Source of the DNA: Gammaproteobacteria bacterium | GTDB lineage: Bacteria; Pseudomonadota; Gammaproteobacteria; Steroidobacterales; Steroidobacteraceae | DNA length: 45,325 bases | Assembly (NCBI GenBank): GCA_030830595.1 | Contig: JAURMS010000132.1 | Span: 1 to 45,325, forward strand | Direction: 5' to 3' | Shown here: in pieces, positions 8,274 to 19,384 of the stretch | How the letters are laid out: each line of letters begins with the position of its first letter | Position numbering within the stretch: the stretch's first letter is position 1 | Program-made: the position numbers and the translations under genes | Notes under the pieces: generated by a model | Database searches by the model: none | What the model was told of the DNA's origin: nothing | What the model saw: the letters and a program-made list of their open reading frames with translations, nothing else

Positions 8274-9725
8274 ATGAACCTGCTGATGGTCCAGCGCATC
8301 CTCGGCCTGATGCTGCTGATGTTCAGCCTCAGCATGCTGCCGCCCATCGGCGTGTCCATGTTCTATGCCGACGGGCACTGGTACCCGTTTGCGGTGGGCT
8401 TTGCCGTGGTGGCCAGCATCGGCGCGGCGCTGTTCCTGCCGGTCCGCAAGCTCGACGGCGACCTGCGCCTGCGGGACGGCTTCCTGATCGTCGCCCTGTT
8501 CTGGGTCTGCCTGAGCCTGGCCGGGGCGGTGCCGCTGCTGGTCACCGACGTGCCCGCCCTGTCGGTGACCGACGCCGTGTTCGAGGCGGTGTCCGGGTTC
8601 AGCACCACCGGGGCAACGGTGATCACCGGCCTCGACAGCCTGCCGAAGTCCCTTCTGTACTACCGCCAGCAGATCCAGTTTCTCGGCGGCATGAGCATCG
8701 TGGTGCTCGCCGTGGCCCTGATGCCGATCCTCGGCATCGGCGGGATGGCCTTGTTCAAGGCGGAAACGCCTGGGCCGGTCAAGGACCAGAGGCTGACACC
8801 GAGGATTGCGCAGACCGCGCGCGCGCTGTGGGGCGTCTATGTGCTGCTGACCCTGTTGTGCGCCGCGGGATACTGGCTGGCCGGGATGGGCCCCTTCGAC
8901 GCCATCGGGCATGCCTTCACCACCACCTCCACCGGCGGCTTTTCCCCCTATGACGCCAGCATGGGGCACTTCGACAGCGCGGCGATCGACGCGGTGGCGA
9001 CCGTGTTCATGTTCCTGGGCGGCGCAAGCTTTGCCCTGCACTTCACGGTGTTCCGTCACCGCAGCCTCGGCGCCTACCTCGGCGACACCGAGTTCAAGGC
9101 CTATCTCTGGCTGCTGGCCATCATCATCCTCTCGGCCACGCTGTACATGTGGCTGCTGGGCACCTACAGCAACCCCCTGGAATCCTTGCGCTACGCCAGT
9201 TTCCAGGTGGTTTCCATGCACACCGGCACTGGCTACACCACCGCCTTCTATGCGGCCTGGCCGGGCGCCCTGCCAGCGGTGCTGCTGCTGATCTCCTTCA
9301 TCAGCGGTTGTGCCGGTGGCACCACCGGCGGCATGAAGATCATCCGCTGGGTCATCGTTTCCCGCCAGGCGATGGTCCAATTCCGCCAGCTGGTCCATCC
9401 CAGCGCCAACATTCCCGTCAAGGTGGCAGGACGGGTCGTGCCCCCGACCATCATCACCGGGGTGGCCGGTTTCTTTGCCGTCTACCTGATCACCTTTGCC
9501 CTGTTCATGATCCTGCTGCTCAGCTTCGGGGTCGACCAGGTCACCGCCTGGTCGGCCGTGGCCGCCACCCTCAACAACGTGGGCCCGGGGCTGGGCGAGG
9601 TCGCCGTGACCTTCCAGGGCCTGCCCGATGGTGCCAAGTGGGTCTGTACCGTGGCGATGCTGGCGGGTCGGTTGGAAGTCTTCACCCTGTTCCTGTTGCT
9701 CACCCCTGCCTTCTGGCAGCGTTGA
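8274..9725 (+). CDS. trkH: Trk potassium uptake system membrane protein TrkH
   Basis: Internal ATG at 8274 preceded by GGGAG gives 483 aa, the size of E. coli TrkH. Repeated selectivity-like segments (FSTTGAT, TSTGGFS, MHTGTGYT, GGTTGGMK). Confidence 0.85.
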   Translation: MNLLMVQRILGLMLLMFSLSMLPPIGVSMFYADGHWYPFAVGFAVVASIGAALFLPVRKLDGDLRLRDGFLIVALFWVCLSLAGAVPLLVTDVPALSVTDAVFEAVSGFSTTGATVITGLDSLPKSLLYYRQQIQFLGGMSIVVLAVALMPILGIGGMALFKAETPGPVKDQRLTPRIAQTARALWGVYVLLTLLCAAGYWLAGMGPFDAIGHAFTTTSTGGFSPYDASMGHFDSAAIDAVATVFMFLGGASFALHFTVFRHRSLGAYLGDTEFKAYLWLLAIIILSATLYMWLLGTYSNPLESLRYASFQVVSMHTGTGYTTAFYAAWPGALPAVLLLISFISGCAGGTTGGMKIIRWVIVSRQAMVQFRQLVHPSANIPVKVAGRVVPPTIITGVAGFFAVYLITFALFMILLLSFGVDQVTAWSAVAATLNNVGPGLGEVAVTFQGLPDGAKWVCTVAMLAGRLEVFTLFLLLTPAFWQR

Positions 9726-9727
9726 CC

Positions 9728-10054
9728 ATGGGCCTGCGGGACACGCTTGAGTTGATGCTGCAGCGGGGCCAGGATTCGCCCCTGCTGCGCTATTCACTGG
9801 GTGGCGAGTGCCTCAAGGCGGGTGATGCGCTGGCCGCCGTCACCCACTTGTCGGAAGCCGTGGCCCAGAACCCCGCCTACTCGGCCGCATGGAAACTTCT
9901 TGGCCAGGCGCTGGCTGCCGCTGGTTCACCCTCGCGTGCGCGGGACGCCTACCGCGAGGGCATCCGGGTCGCCGAGGCCGGGGGCGACCTGCAGGCCGCA
10001 CGAGAGATGGGCGTGTTCCTCAAGCGCCTGGAACGCAGCGAGGTCCCAGGATGA
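9728..10054 (+). CDS. Small TPR-like protein (108 aa), function unknown
   Basis: ATG lies 3 nt after the trkH stop. Helical repeat sequence (...AVTHLSEAVAQNPAYSAAWKLLGQALAAAGSPSRARDAYREGI...). Its stop overlaps the next gene's start (ATGA at 10051-10054). Confidence 0.6.
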   Translation: MGLRDTLELMLQRGQDSPLLRYSLGGECLKAGDALAAVTHLSEAVAQNPAYSAAWKLLGQALAAAGSPSRARDAYREGIRVAEAGGDLQAAREMGVFLKRLERSEVPG

Positions 10055-10572
10055 CCGGGCGCGGCGAACGCGTGGCTGCCCGGCTGGACGCCGTGGCGGA
10101 AGGCACCGGTTGGGTCGTAGCCTGGCTCACCGTTGCGCTGGCATGCACCGGCCTCGCCGTGGTGGTCCTGCGCTACGGCTTTGACCAGGGCTTCGTGTGG
10201 ATGCAGGAGCTGCTGGTCTGGTTTCACGCTGCCGTCTTCATGCTCGGTGCGGCGTATGCCCTGCGCCACGAAGCTCATGTGCGGGTCGATGTGTTTCGCC
10301 AGCGCATGTCGTTGCGCCATCGCGCGTGGGTCGACCTTCTGGGCACGCTGCTCCTGCTGTGGCCGACCTGCGCGGTGATCGCCTGGTTCTCCATCCCTTA
10401 CGTCGCGGGGTCTTGGGACATCGGCGAGCGCTCGCGCGAGGCAGGGGGGCTGCCCTCGTTGTGGCTGCTCAAGGGCATGATTCCGGCGCTGGCGGTCCTG
10501 CTGGCGGTGCAGGGCCTGGCCATGGTTCTGCGCGCCACCGCGGCTTTGCGCGAAAAAGTGGGTGCTTCCTGA
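10051..10572 (+). CDS. TRAP transporter small permease (DctQ-type)
   Basis: 173 aa counted from the internal ATG at 10051. Four predicted TM segments, located immediately before the large permease. The '...YALRHEAHVRVDVF' motif is typical of TRAP small subunits. Confidence 0.75.
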   Translation: MTGRGERVAARLDAVAEGTGWVVAWLTVALACTGLAVVVLRYGFDQGFVWMQELLVWFHAAVFMLGAAYALRHEAHVRVDVFRQRMSLRHRAWVDLLGTLLLLWPTCAVIAWFSIPYVAGSWDIGERSREAGGLPSLWLLKGMIPALAVLLAVQGLAMVLRATAALREKVGAS

Positions 10573-11942
10573 TGGAGTGGCTGGCCATCGTGCTGCTGCT
10601 GTGCGTGATCCTGGCCCTGCTGGCGGGCTACCCAGTGGCCTTCACCCTCGCCGGGCTCTCCCTCCTCTTCGCGGGGGCGGCCTCGCTGGTGGGCGCCTTC
10701 GACCTCAGCTACCTCGAGGCGCTGCCCAGTCGCCTGTTCGGGATCATGAACAACTCGAACCTGATCGCCGTGCCGTTGTTCATCCTGATGGGCGTGGTGC
10801 TCGAGAAGTCGAGGATCGCGGCGGAGCTGCTCGAGACCCTCGGCCAGTTGTTCGGTGGCCGCAGCGGTGGACTGGCGTATTCGGTGGTGGTGGTCGGCGC
10901 GTTGCTGGCGGCCAGCACGGGCATCGTGGGGGCCTCGGTCGTCACCATGGGCCTGCTGGCGCTGCCGGTGATGCTCAGGAACGGCTACGACCCGCGCCTG
11001 GCCAGCGGCACCATCTGCGCGTCCGGCACGCTCGGCCAGATCATCCCTCCGTCGATCATCCTGGTGTTGCTGGGGGATGTGATGTCCTCGGCCCATCAGC
11101 AGGCCCAGTTGCGTCTGGGTAACTATGCTCCGGAGGCAGTGTCGGTCGGCGACCTGTTCCTGGGCGCCTTGCTGCCGGGGTTGCTGCTGGTGGTGCTGTA
11201 CCTGGCCTACATTGCCTGGCGCGCCTGGCGTGCCCCCGCCTCCATGCCGCCCATGGCCTCCGGCGGCGTGGCGGTCTCCTGGTGGAAGGTGCTGCGTGCC
11301 TTGCTGGCACCGCTCAGTTTGATCCTGGCCGTGCTCGGCTCCATTCTCGCCGGCATGGCCACGCCCTCCGAAGCCGCCGCCGTGGGCGCGGTGGGGGCCA
11401 TGTTGCTGGCCGGCCTGCGCCGGGAACTGTCGCTCGTCAGGCTGGGCGAGGCGACTCGCGCCACGCTGCAGAGCTCGGCCATGGTGTTCATGATCCTGAT
11501 CGGTGCCTCGGTGTTTTCGCTGGTCTTTCGCGGTCTTGGTGGAGACGCCCTGGTGCATGGCTGGCTGGAGGCGCTGCCCGGGGGTTACTGGGGTGCGCTG
11601 GCCATCGTCATGCTGGTCATGTTCCTGCTCGGTTTCATCATCGACTTCATCGAGATCACCTACATCGTGGTGCCGATCGCAGCCCCGGCCCTGCTCGCGC
11701 TGGGGATGGACCCCATCTGGCTAGGCGTGTTGATCGCTCTGAACCTGCAGACCTCCTTCCTCACCCCGCCCTTCGGCTTCGCGCTCTTCTTCCTGCGTGG
11801 GGTGGCGCCCGCAGAGTTACGCACCCGCGACCTGTACCGCGGCGCCTGGCCATTCGTAGCCATCCAGCTGCTGATGGTCGCGATGGTGGCCGCGTGGCCT
11901 GCCCTGGCCACCTGGCTCCCCTCGGTGGTGCTGGTCGACTGA
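10572..11942 (+). CDS. TRAP transporter large permease (DctM-type)
   Basis: 456 aa counted from the ATG at 10572 (TGATG overlap with the small permease). Polytopic, with DctM-like segments (GYPVAFTLAG, FILMGVVLEKSRIAAEL, GQIIPPSI, TPPFGFALFFLRGVAP). Confidence 0.85.
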   Translation: MEWLAIVLLLCVILALLAGYPVAFTLAGLSLLFAGAASLVGAFDLSYLEALPSRLFGIMNNSNLIAVPLFILMGVVLEKSRIAAELLETLGQLFGGRSGGLAYSVVVVGALLAASTGIVGASVVTMGLLALPVMLRNGYDPRLASGTICASGTLGQIIPPSIILVLLGDVMSSAHQQAQLRLGNYAPEAVSVGDLFLGALLPGLLLVVLYLAYIAWRAWRAPASMPPMASGGVAVSWWKVLRALLAPLSLILAVLGSILAGMATPSEAAAVGAVGAMLLAGLRRELSLVRLGEATRATLQSSAMVFMILIGASVFSLVFRGLGGDALVHGWLEALPGGYWGALAIVMLVMFLLGFIIDFIEITYIVVPIAAPALLALGMDPIWLGVLIALNLQTSFLTPPFGFALFFLRGVAPAELRTRDLYRGAWPFVAIQLLMVAMVAAWPALATWLPSVVLVD

Positions 11943-11951
11943 GACCCGGAC

Positions 11952-13055
11952 TCAGCCCTGATCACGGGCCAGCAGGAACGCTTCCTCCGCAACCGCCAGG
12001 TAGGGCGCCGACCGCGCCTGGAAATCCTGCTGGGATTGCAGGACCCGTGCATACAGCGGGTCGCTGGCAGCGCCCGCCTCGACCACCTCGAGCGAGAGTT
12101 GGTGCAAGCGAGCCAGTACCTCGCGCGGGAAGGGTCGCAGCTTCACGCCGTGCTCTTCGACCAGGGTGCGCAGCGCCTCGGCGTTGCGGGCCGTGAATTC
12201 CGCCAGCATCTGGTCGTTCACCGATTGTGCACAGGTGACGACGATATTCTGCAGGTCCTCCGGCAAGGCCTCGAAGGCTTCGCGGTTGACCAGCGCCTCC
12301 AGGGTCGTGCCCGGTTCGTGCCAGCCAGGGTAGTAGTAATAAGGGGCCACCTTGTACAGGCCGAAGGCAAGATCGTTGTAGGGCCCCACCCATTCGGTGG
12401 CATCAATCGCCCCGGTCTGCAGGGCGGTGAAGATCTCGCCACCCGCCAAGGTCACGGGCGTACCGCCGGCTCTGGCCAGCACCTCACCGCCCAACCCGGG
12501 AATACGCATCTTGAGGCCCTTGAGGTCGGCAAGGGTATTGATCTCCTTCCGGAACCAGCCGCCCATCTGGGTGCCGGAGCTGCCGCAAGGCAGGGGCAAG
12601 ATGCCGTAGGGTCGATACGCCTCCTGCCATAGCTCCAGGCCACCGCCGTAATGCAGCCACCCGCCCATTTCCTGGGCCGTCAGGCCAAAGGGCACGGTGG
12701 AAAAGAACGATGCAGCGGGCACCTTGCCCTTCCAGTAATACGCGCCGCCGTGGCCAACTTCCGCGGTGCCATTGGCCACCGCGTCGAACACTTCGAAGGC
12801 GGGCACCAGCTCTTCGGCGCCATAGACCTTGATGGTCAGGCGGCCACCGCTGCAAGCGCCCACCCGGCGGGCAAACTCGGTGGCGCCGGTCCCCAGCCCC
12901 GGAAAATTCGGTGGCCAGGTGGTGACCATGCGCCATTGGAAGCGCCTTTGATCCTGGGGGCCTGCGGATGCGCCGTCCTCCCGACCGCAGGCGGCCAGGG
13001 CCGAAGCCATGGCGCCCATTCCGAGACCCTGAATGACGCGGCGCCGCTGAACCAT
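11952..13055 (-). CDS. TRAP transporter solute receptor (DctP/FcbT1-like), twin-arginine-type signal with a possible lipobox
   Basis: 367 aa counted from the internal ATG at 13055. MVQRRRVIQGLGMGAMASALAAC signal. The mature part (RWRMVTTWPPNFPGLG...FEVFDAVANGTAEVGHGGAYYW...) matches TRAP periplasmic receptors. It is convergent with dctQM, with a 9-bp gap. Confidence 0.85.
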   Translation of the reverse strand: MVQRRRVIQGLGMGAMASALAACGREDGASAGPQDQRRFQWRMVTTWPPNFPGLGTGATEFARRVGACSGGRLTIKVYGAEELVPAFEVFDAVANGTAEVGHGGAYYWKGKVPAASFFSTVPFGLTAQEMGGWLHYGGGLELWQEAYRPYGILPLPCGSSGTQMGGWFRKEINTLADLKGLKMRIPGLGGEVLARAGGTPVTLAGGEIFTALQTGAIDATEWVGPYNDLAFGLYKVAPYYYYPGWHEPGTTLEALVNREAFEALPEDLQNIVVTCAQSVNDQMLAEFTARNAEALRTLVEEHGVKLRPFPREVLARLHQLSLEVVEAGAASDPLYARVLQSQQDFQARSAPYLAVAEEAFLLARDQG

Positions 13056-13107
13056 GGCTGCTCCCAAATACCGATAGGCGGACGAGTGTAGCGAAGCGGG
13101 TCGGACT

Positions 13108-13116
13108 TGTGGATAA
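13108..13116. promoter_or_regulatory. Perfect DnaA box (TGTGGATAA = TTATCCACA on the other strand) in the dnaA upstream region
   Basis: Exact 9-mer read at 13108-13116, 69 nt upstream of the dnaA start. Consistent with dnaA autoregulation. Confidence 0.6.
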
Positions 13117-13184
13117 CTCTGGAAGAGGGGGGTGGGCAGCGCTAGACTCTGCCCCCTTCGCGTGGTGCGAAGCGGGGAGGCAGG

Positions 13185-14522
13185 TTGGCAGGAGCGCTTT
13201 GGCAGCAGTGTCTGGCACAGCTGGAACAGGAGCTCGCCGAACAGGAGTTCAACACCTGGGTCCGGCCCTTGCAGGCCGTGGAGGAGGAGGGTCTCCTGCG
13301 CCTCTACGCCCCGAACCGGTTCGTGTTGGATTGGGTTCAGCAGCACCTCTACCCACGCATCGTGCAATGGCTCGCCGCGACACCGGGTGCGCCGCAGCTG
13401 CTGGTTGCGGTGGGCTCCCGGCCGGGGGCCGGGCCCGGGCCGGCAGCGCCCGGGGCGGCGGCCACCCCGGGCGGCGCCGGCAAGCCCCGCCCCTCGGTCA
13501 CCGGCGGCCGCATCAATCCCGACTTCACCTTCGAGACCTTCGTCGAGGGCAAGAGCAATCAGCTCGCGAGGGCCGCAGCCCTGCAGGTTGGCGAAAACCC
13601 TGGCCGGGCGTACAACCCGCTGTTCATCTACGGCGGGGTCGGGCTGGGCAAAACCCACCTGATGCATGCGGTGGGCAATGTGCTGCTGCAGCGCAATCCC
13701 CAGGCGCGCGTGGCCTATGTGCACAGCGAGCGTTTCGTCAGCGATATGGTGCGGGCGTTACAGCACAACAGCATCAGTGAGTTCAAGGCGGCCTATCGCG
13801 GCCTCGATGCCCTCCTCATCGATGACATCCAGTTTTTCGCCGGCAAGGAGCGTTCCCAGGAAGAGTTTTTTCACACCTTCAACACGCTGCTTGAAGGGCA
13901 GCGGCAGGTGATCCTGACTTGCGACCGCTATCCGAAGGAGGTCTCCGGGCTGGAGGAGCGGCTCAAATCCCGCTTTGGCTGGGGCCTGACCGTCGCCATC
14001 GAGCCGCCGGAGCTCGAGACCAGCGTCGCCATCCTGATGTCCAAGGCGGCCGCTGCCGGGGTCGTCCTGCCGGAAGACGTGGCGTTTTTCATCGCAAAGC
14101 GGATCCGGTCCAATGTCCGCGAGCTGGAAGGCTCGCTGCGCCGCGTGATGGCCACCGCCCGATTCACCGGGCAGGCCATTACCCTGGAGAGCGCCAAGGA
14201 CGCGCTGCGGGACCTGCTTTCGCTGCAAGCCAGGCTGGTCACCATCGACAACATCCAGAAGACGGTCGCCGAGTATTACAAGATCCGCTTGTCCGACCTG
14301 TTGTCGACGCGCCGAACGCGCTCCATCGCGAGACCTCGCCAGGTGGCGATGGCCTTGTCGCGGGAATTGACGCAACACAGCCTGCCGGAAATTGGTGCTG
14401 CGTTCGGGGGCCGGGACCATACAACCGTCATGCATGCCTGCGAGCGGGTGAAAATCCTGCGTGATGGCGAGCAACAGGTGGGCGACGATTACCAGAAGCT
14501 GTTGCGAATCCTGACCGGTTGA
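13185..14522 (+). CDS. dnaA: Chromosomal replication initiator protein DnaA
   Basis: 445 aa. TTG start preceded by GGGGAGG. N-terminus ...[13 protein letters not shown]...[12 protein letters not shown]+ motifs ([21 protein letters not shown]), and the C-terminal DNA-binding domain ([34 protein letters not shown]). Confidence 0.95.
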   Translation: MAGALWQQCLAQLEQELAEQEFNTWVRPLQAVEEEGLLRLYAPNRFVLDWVQQHLYPRIVQWLAATPGAPQLLVAVGSRPGAGPGPAAPGAAATPGGAGKPRPSVTGGRINPDFTFETFVEGKSNQLARAAALQVGENPGRAYNPLFIYGGVGLGKTHLMHAVGNVLLQRNPQARVAYVHSERFVSDMVRALQHNSISEFKAAYRGLDALLIDDIQFFAGKERSQEEFFHTFNTLLEGQRQVILTCDRYPKEVSGLEERLKSRFGWGLTVAIEPPELETSVAILMSKAAAAGVVLPEDVAFFIAKRIRSNVRELEGSLRRVMATARFTGQAITLESAKDALRDLLSLQARLVTIDNIQKTVAEYYKIRLSDLLSTRRTRSIARPRQVAMALSRELTQHSLPEIGAAFGGRDHTTVMHACERVKILRDGEQQVGDDYQKLLRILTG

Positions 14523-14531
14523 TGTGGATAA
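14523..14531. promoter_or_regulatory. Perfect DnaA box (TGTGGATAA) immediately after the dnaA stop codon
   Basis: Exact 9-mer at 14523-14531. Two degenerate boxes follow: TGTGGAAAG at 14534-14542 and TCGTCCACA at 14558-14566, each with 2 mismatches. Confidence 0.6.
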
Positions 14532-14720
14532 TGTGTGGAAAGGATGGGCAGGACAATTCGTCCACAGGAGGTACACAGGTGGCGGGACGTTCCCAAACAG
14601 TGTCGCCGTGCGCTTGTGCCCTCTCCAAGTGCTTGTTTTGCGCATGAAATCTGGTGTTTTCCCCAGATTTCCGGCGCTCTATGATTGTAATAACTATCTT
14701 AAAATCTTTTCGGAGCCACG
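14523..14720. other. dnaA-dnaN intergenic region: DnaA-box cluster plus an AT-rich tract (about 14679-14710). Candidate oriC-like element and/or dnaN promoter
   Basis: 198-bp non-coding gap. It holds one perfect and two 2-mismatch DnaA boxes at the 5' end and a roughly 32-nt, about 80% A+T segment (tatgattgtaataactatcttaaaatctttt). No GATC sites were seen. Confidence 0.35.
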
Positions 14721-15815
14721 ATGAAATTCACCGTTGAACGCGAAGCGTTGCTCTCTGCACTGCAGTCTGCAGTCGGCGTAGTGGAACGTCGGCAGACCAT
14801 GCCGATCCTCGCCAACGTCCTGGTCAAGGCCGCTGCAGACAAGTTGACCCTGACGGCGACGGACCTCGAGGTTGAGTTGGTGTCCGTCGCTGCGGCCGAG
14901 GTGGCGCGTGAAGGCAGCGTGACGGTGCCGGCCAGGAAATTGCTGGATATCTGTCGGTCCCTGCCGGAGAAGGCAAAGATCACGGCAACGCTTGAGGGGG
15001 ACCGCCTCCAACTTCGTGCGGGCAAGAGCCGCTTCACACTGTCGACGCTGCCGGCGGCGGAATTCCCGGCGCTGGACGATTTGGCCGTGGTGCATTCGTT
15101 AGTGGTCGATCAAGGCGATTTCAAGCGGCTGCTGGATAAGACGCATTTCGCGATGGCTCAACAGGACGTCCGCTACTATTTGAACGGGATGTTGCTGGAA
15201 ACTACCGGGAAAATGCTGAGAACGGTAGCAACTGACGGCCATCGTCTGGCAATGGCAGAGATCGAGACCGCCGTCGAGGGTAAAGGGCAGCAGATCATTA
15301 TCCCTCGCAAGGGCGTGCTGGAGCTCCAGCGCCTGCTCGGCGCCGAGGGCGGTTTGGAGCTGGCGATAGGAACCAACCACATTCGCGCCCAGATCGGCGA
15401 CATTCGCTTCACATCGAAGCTTATTGACGGCCGTTTCCCTGAATATGGGCGTGTCATTCCCAAGGATCCGCCGCGCGTCATCAGCGCGGACAAGGAGACC
15501 CTGCGGAGCGCCCTGCAGAGAACGTCGATCCTTGCCAATGAGAAGTACCGGGGTATTCGCCTGGCTGCAGCGGGCGGTGTGCTGACCCTCCAGGCGCACA
15601 ATCCGGAGCAGGAAGAGGCCGAAGAGCAGGTCGAGGTGGGCTACGACGGGGAAGCCATCGAGGTTGGTTTCAACGTGAACTATCTCGTAGACGCCATCGG
15701 GGCGATCGACGGCACGGCGATTGAAGTGGCGTTGACGGATGCCAACTCCAGTTGCCTCGTTCGTGCACCAGGATCCTCGGCTTGTCTCTACGTGGTCATG
15801 CCCATGCGATTGTGA
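14721..15815 (+). CDS. dnaN: DNA polymerase III beta sliding clamp
   Basis: 364 aa. MKFTVEREALL...QTMPILANVLV...ATDGHRLA...MPMRL, the typical DnaN sequence and position. Confidence 0.95.
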   Translation: MKFTVEREALLSALQSAVGVVERRQTMPILANVLVKAAADKLTLTATDLEVELVSVAAAEVAREGSVTVPARKLLDICRSLPEKAKITATLEGDRLQLRAGKSRFTLSTLPAAEFPALDDLAVVHSLVVDQGDFKRLLDKTHFAMAQQDVRYYLNGMLLETTGKMLRTVATDGHRLAMAEIETAVEGKGQQIIIPRKGVLELQRLLGAEGGLELAIGTNHIRAQIGDIRFTSKLIDGRFPEYGRVIPKDPPRVISADKETLRSALQRTSILANEKYRGIRLAAAGGVLTLQAHNPEQEEAEEQVEVGYDGEAIEVGFNVNYLVDAIGAIDGTAIEVALTDANSSCLVRAPGSSACLYVVMPMRL

Positions 15816-15819
15816 GCGC

Positions 15820-16893
15820 GTGTCGCTCACCAGGCTGACGATCGACGATCTCCGCTGTATCCAGCGTGCGGAGTTGGAGCTGCACCCGCGGCTCAATCTA
15901 TTTGTTGGTGCCAATGGCTCGGGTAAAACCAGCCTGCTCGAGGCGGTCTACTGCCTTGGCAGGGGCAGATCCTTTCGGTCCCGGCGTTTGGCTACGCTGG
16001 TGCGCAAGGGGGCCGAATGTCTGCGCGTCGTGGGAGAGGCCCGCTTGCAAGGGCAGACCGTCACCCTCGGCTTGGAGGCTCGGGCGGGCGAAACCCGCCT
16101 GAAGGCGCGGGGCGCGACGGCCGCAAGCGCCGCAGCCCTTGCCGAGTACCACCGGCCCCAGGTGATTGATCCCGATATCCATAAGCTTCTAGAGGAGGGG
16201 CCAGGGCGCCGCAGACGGTACCTGGACTGGGGTGTGTTCCACGTGGAACCACTGTTTCTGGCCACTTGGCAGCGATACCACCGGGCGATCAAACAAAGGA
16301 ATGCCGTGCTGCGGGCCCGGGGAGCGGATCCGCTCCTGAGGGCCTGGGAGGAGGAGGTCTCGGTGGCCGGCGAGGCGCTGAGTCTGCAGCGGCTCGAATA
16401 CCTGGGCAGGCTGGAGCCTGTCTTGCGCGAGGTCGGGGAGCGACTGCTCGGTGCCGCCATCACCTTGGACTACACAAGGGGATGGACAAGCAAGGGCACC
16501 CTCGCTGAAGCGTTGCGCGCCGACGAGGATCGGGATCGGCGGTTCGGTATCACCCACAGTGGGCCTCACCGGGCGGACGTCACGACCAGGGTAGACGGCG
16601 TGGCGGCGCGTGACCGGGTTTCGCGGGGTCAGCAAAAGATGCTGGCTGCGGCCCTGGTGCTGGCGCAGTTGAAAGCGCAGGGTGAGGGTCACGGGGCGGG
16701 GGACGTCTTGCTGCTGGATGATCCGGCAGCAGAACTGGACGCCCACCATCTTGGCCGGTTGCTGGAACTGGTGGCTGATTTGCCGGCCCAGTTGTGGGTG
16801 ACCTCGTTGGCCGGACAGGTGCCTGGCCTGGCGGCGGAAGGCGCCATGTTCCACGTGGAACACGGGCGCATCCGGCCCACAGCAACCGCCTGA
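15820..16893 (+). CDS. recF: DNA replication and repair protein RecF
   Basis: GTG at 15820, 5 nt after the dnaN stop, gives 357 aa starting (M)SLTRLTIDDLRCI. Walker A GANGSGKTSLLEA and signature SRGQQKMLAAAL..LLLDD. The longer track ORF from 15739 would overlap dnaN. Confidence 0.9.
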   Translation: MSLTRLTIDDLRCIQRAELELHPRLNLFVGANGSGKTSLLEAVYCLGRGRSFRSRRLATLVRKGAECLRVVGEARLQGQTVTLGLEARAGETRLKARGATAASAAALAEYHRPQVIDPDIHKLLEEGPGRRRRYLDWGVFHVEPLFLATWQRYHRAIKQRNAVLRARGADPLLRAWEEEVSVAGEALSLQRLEYLGRLEPVLREVGERLLGAAITLDYTRGWTSKGTLAEALRADEDRDRRFGITHSGPHRADVTTRVDGVAARDRVSRGQQKMLAAALVLAQLKAQGEGHGAGDVLLLDDPAAELDAHHLGRLLELVADLPAQLWVTSLAGQVPGLAAEGAMFHVEHGRIRPTATA

Positions 16894-16900
16894 AAAATAA

Positions 16901-19372
<2,472 letters not shown>

Positions 19373-19384
19373 GCCGCACCCGAC

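Noticed and set aside
6941-9797. Two long antisense ORFs (472 aa and 520 aa) opposite trkA and trkH
   Set aside because: High-GC antisense artefacts. The translations are Arg/Gly/Asp/His-rich with no TM or enzyme motifs, while the sense strand gives full-length TrkA and TrkH.
13091-13176. GCGAAGCGGG occurring twice (13091-13100 and 13167-13176), and a GGGCAG/CTGCCC hairpin (13134-13154), in the dnaA upstream spacer
   Set aside because: A 10-mer repeat and a 6-bp stem in GC-rich DNA are within chance expectation. I cannot tie them to a known regulator. They are noted only as context for the DnaA box.
13056-13724. 223-codon N-terminal extension of the TRAP receptor ORF, running antisense across the dnaA promoter and 5' coding region
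   Set aside because: The extension has no homology-like features and would overlap dnaA. The internal ATG at 13055 gives a normal RR-type signal peptide directly followed by the conserved receptor sequence.
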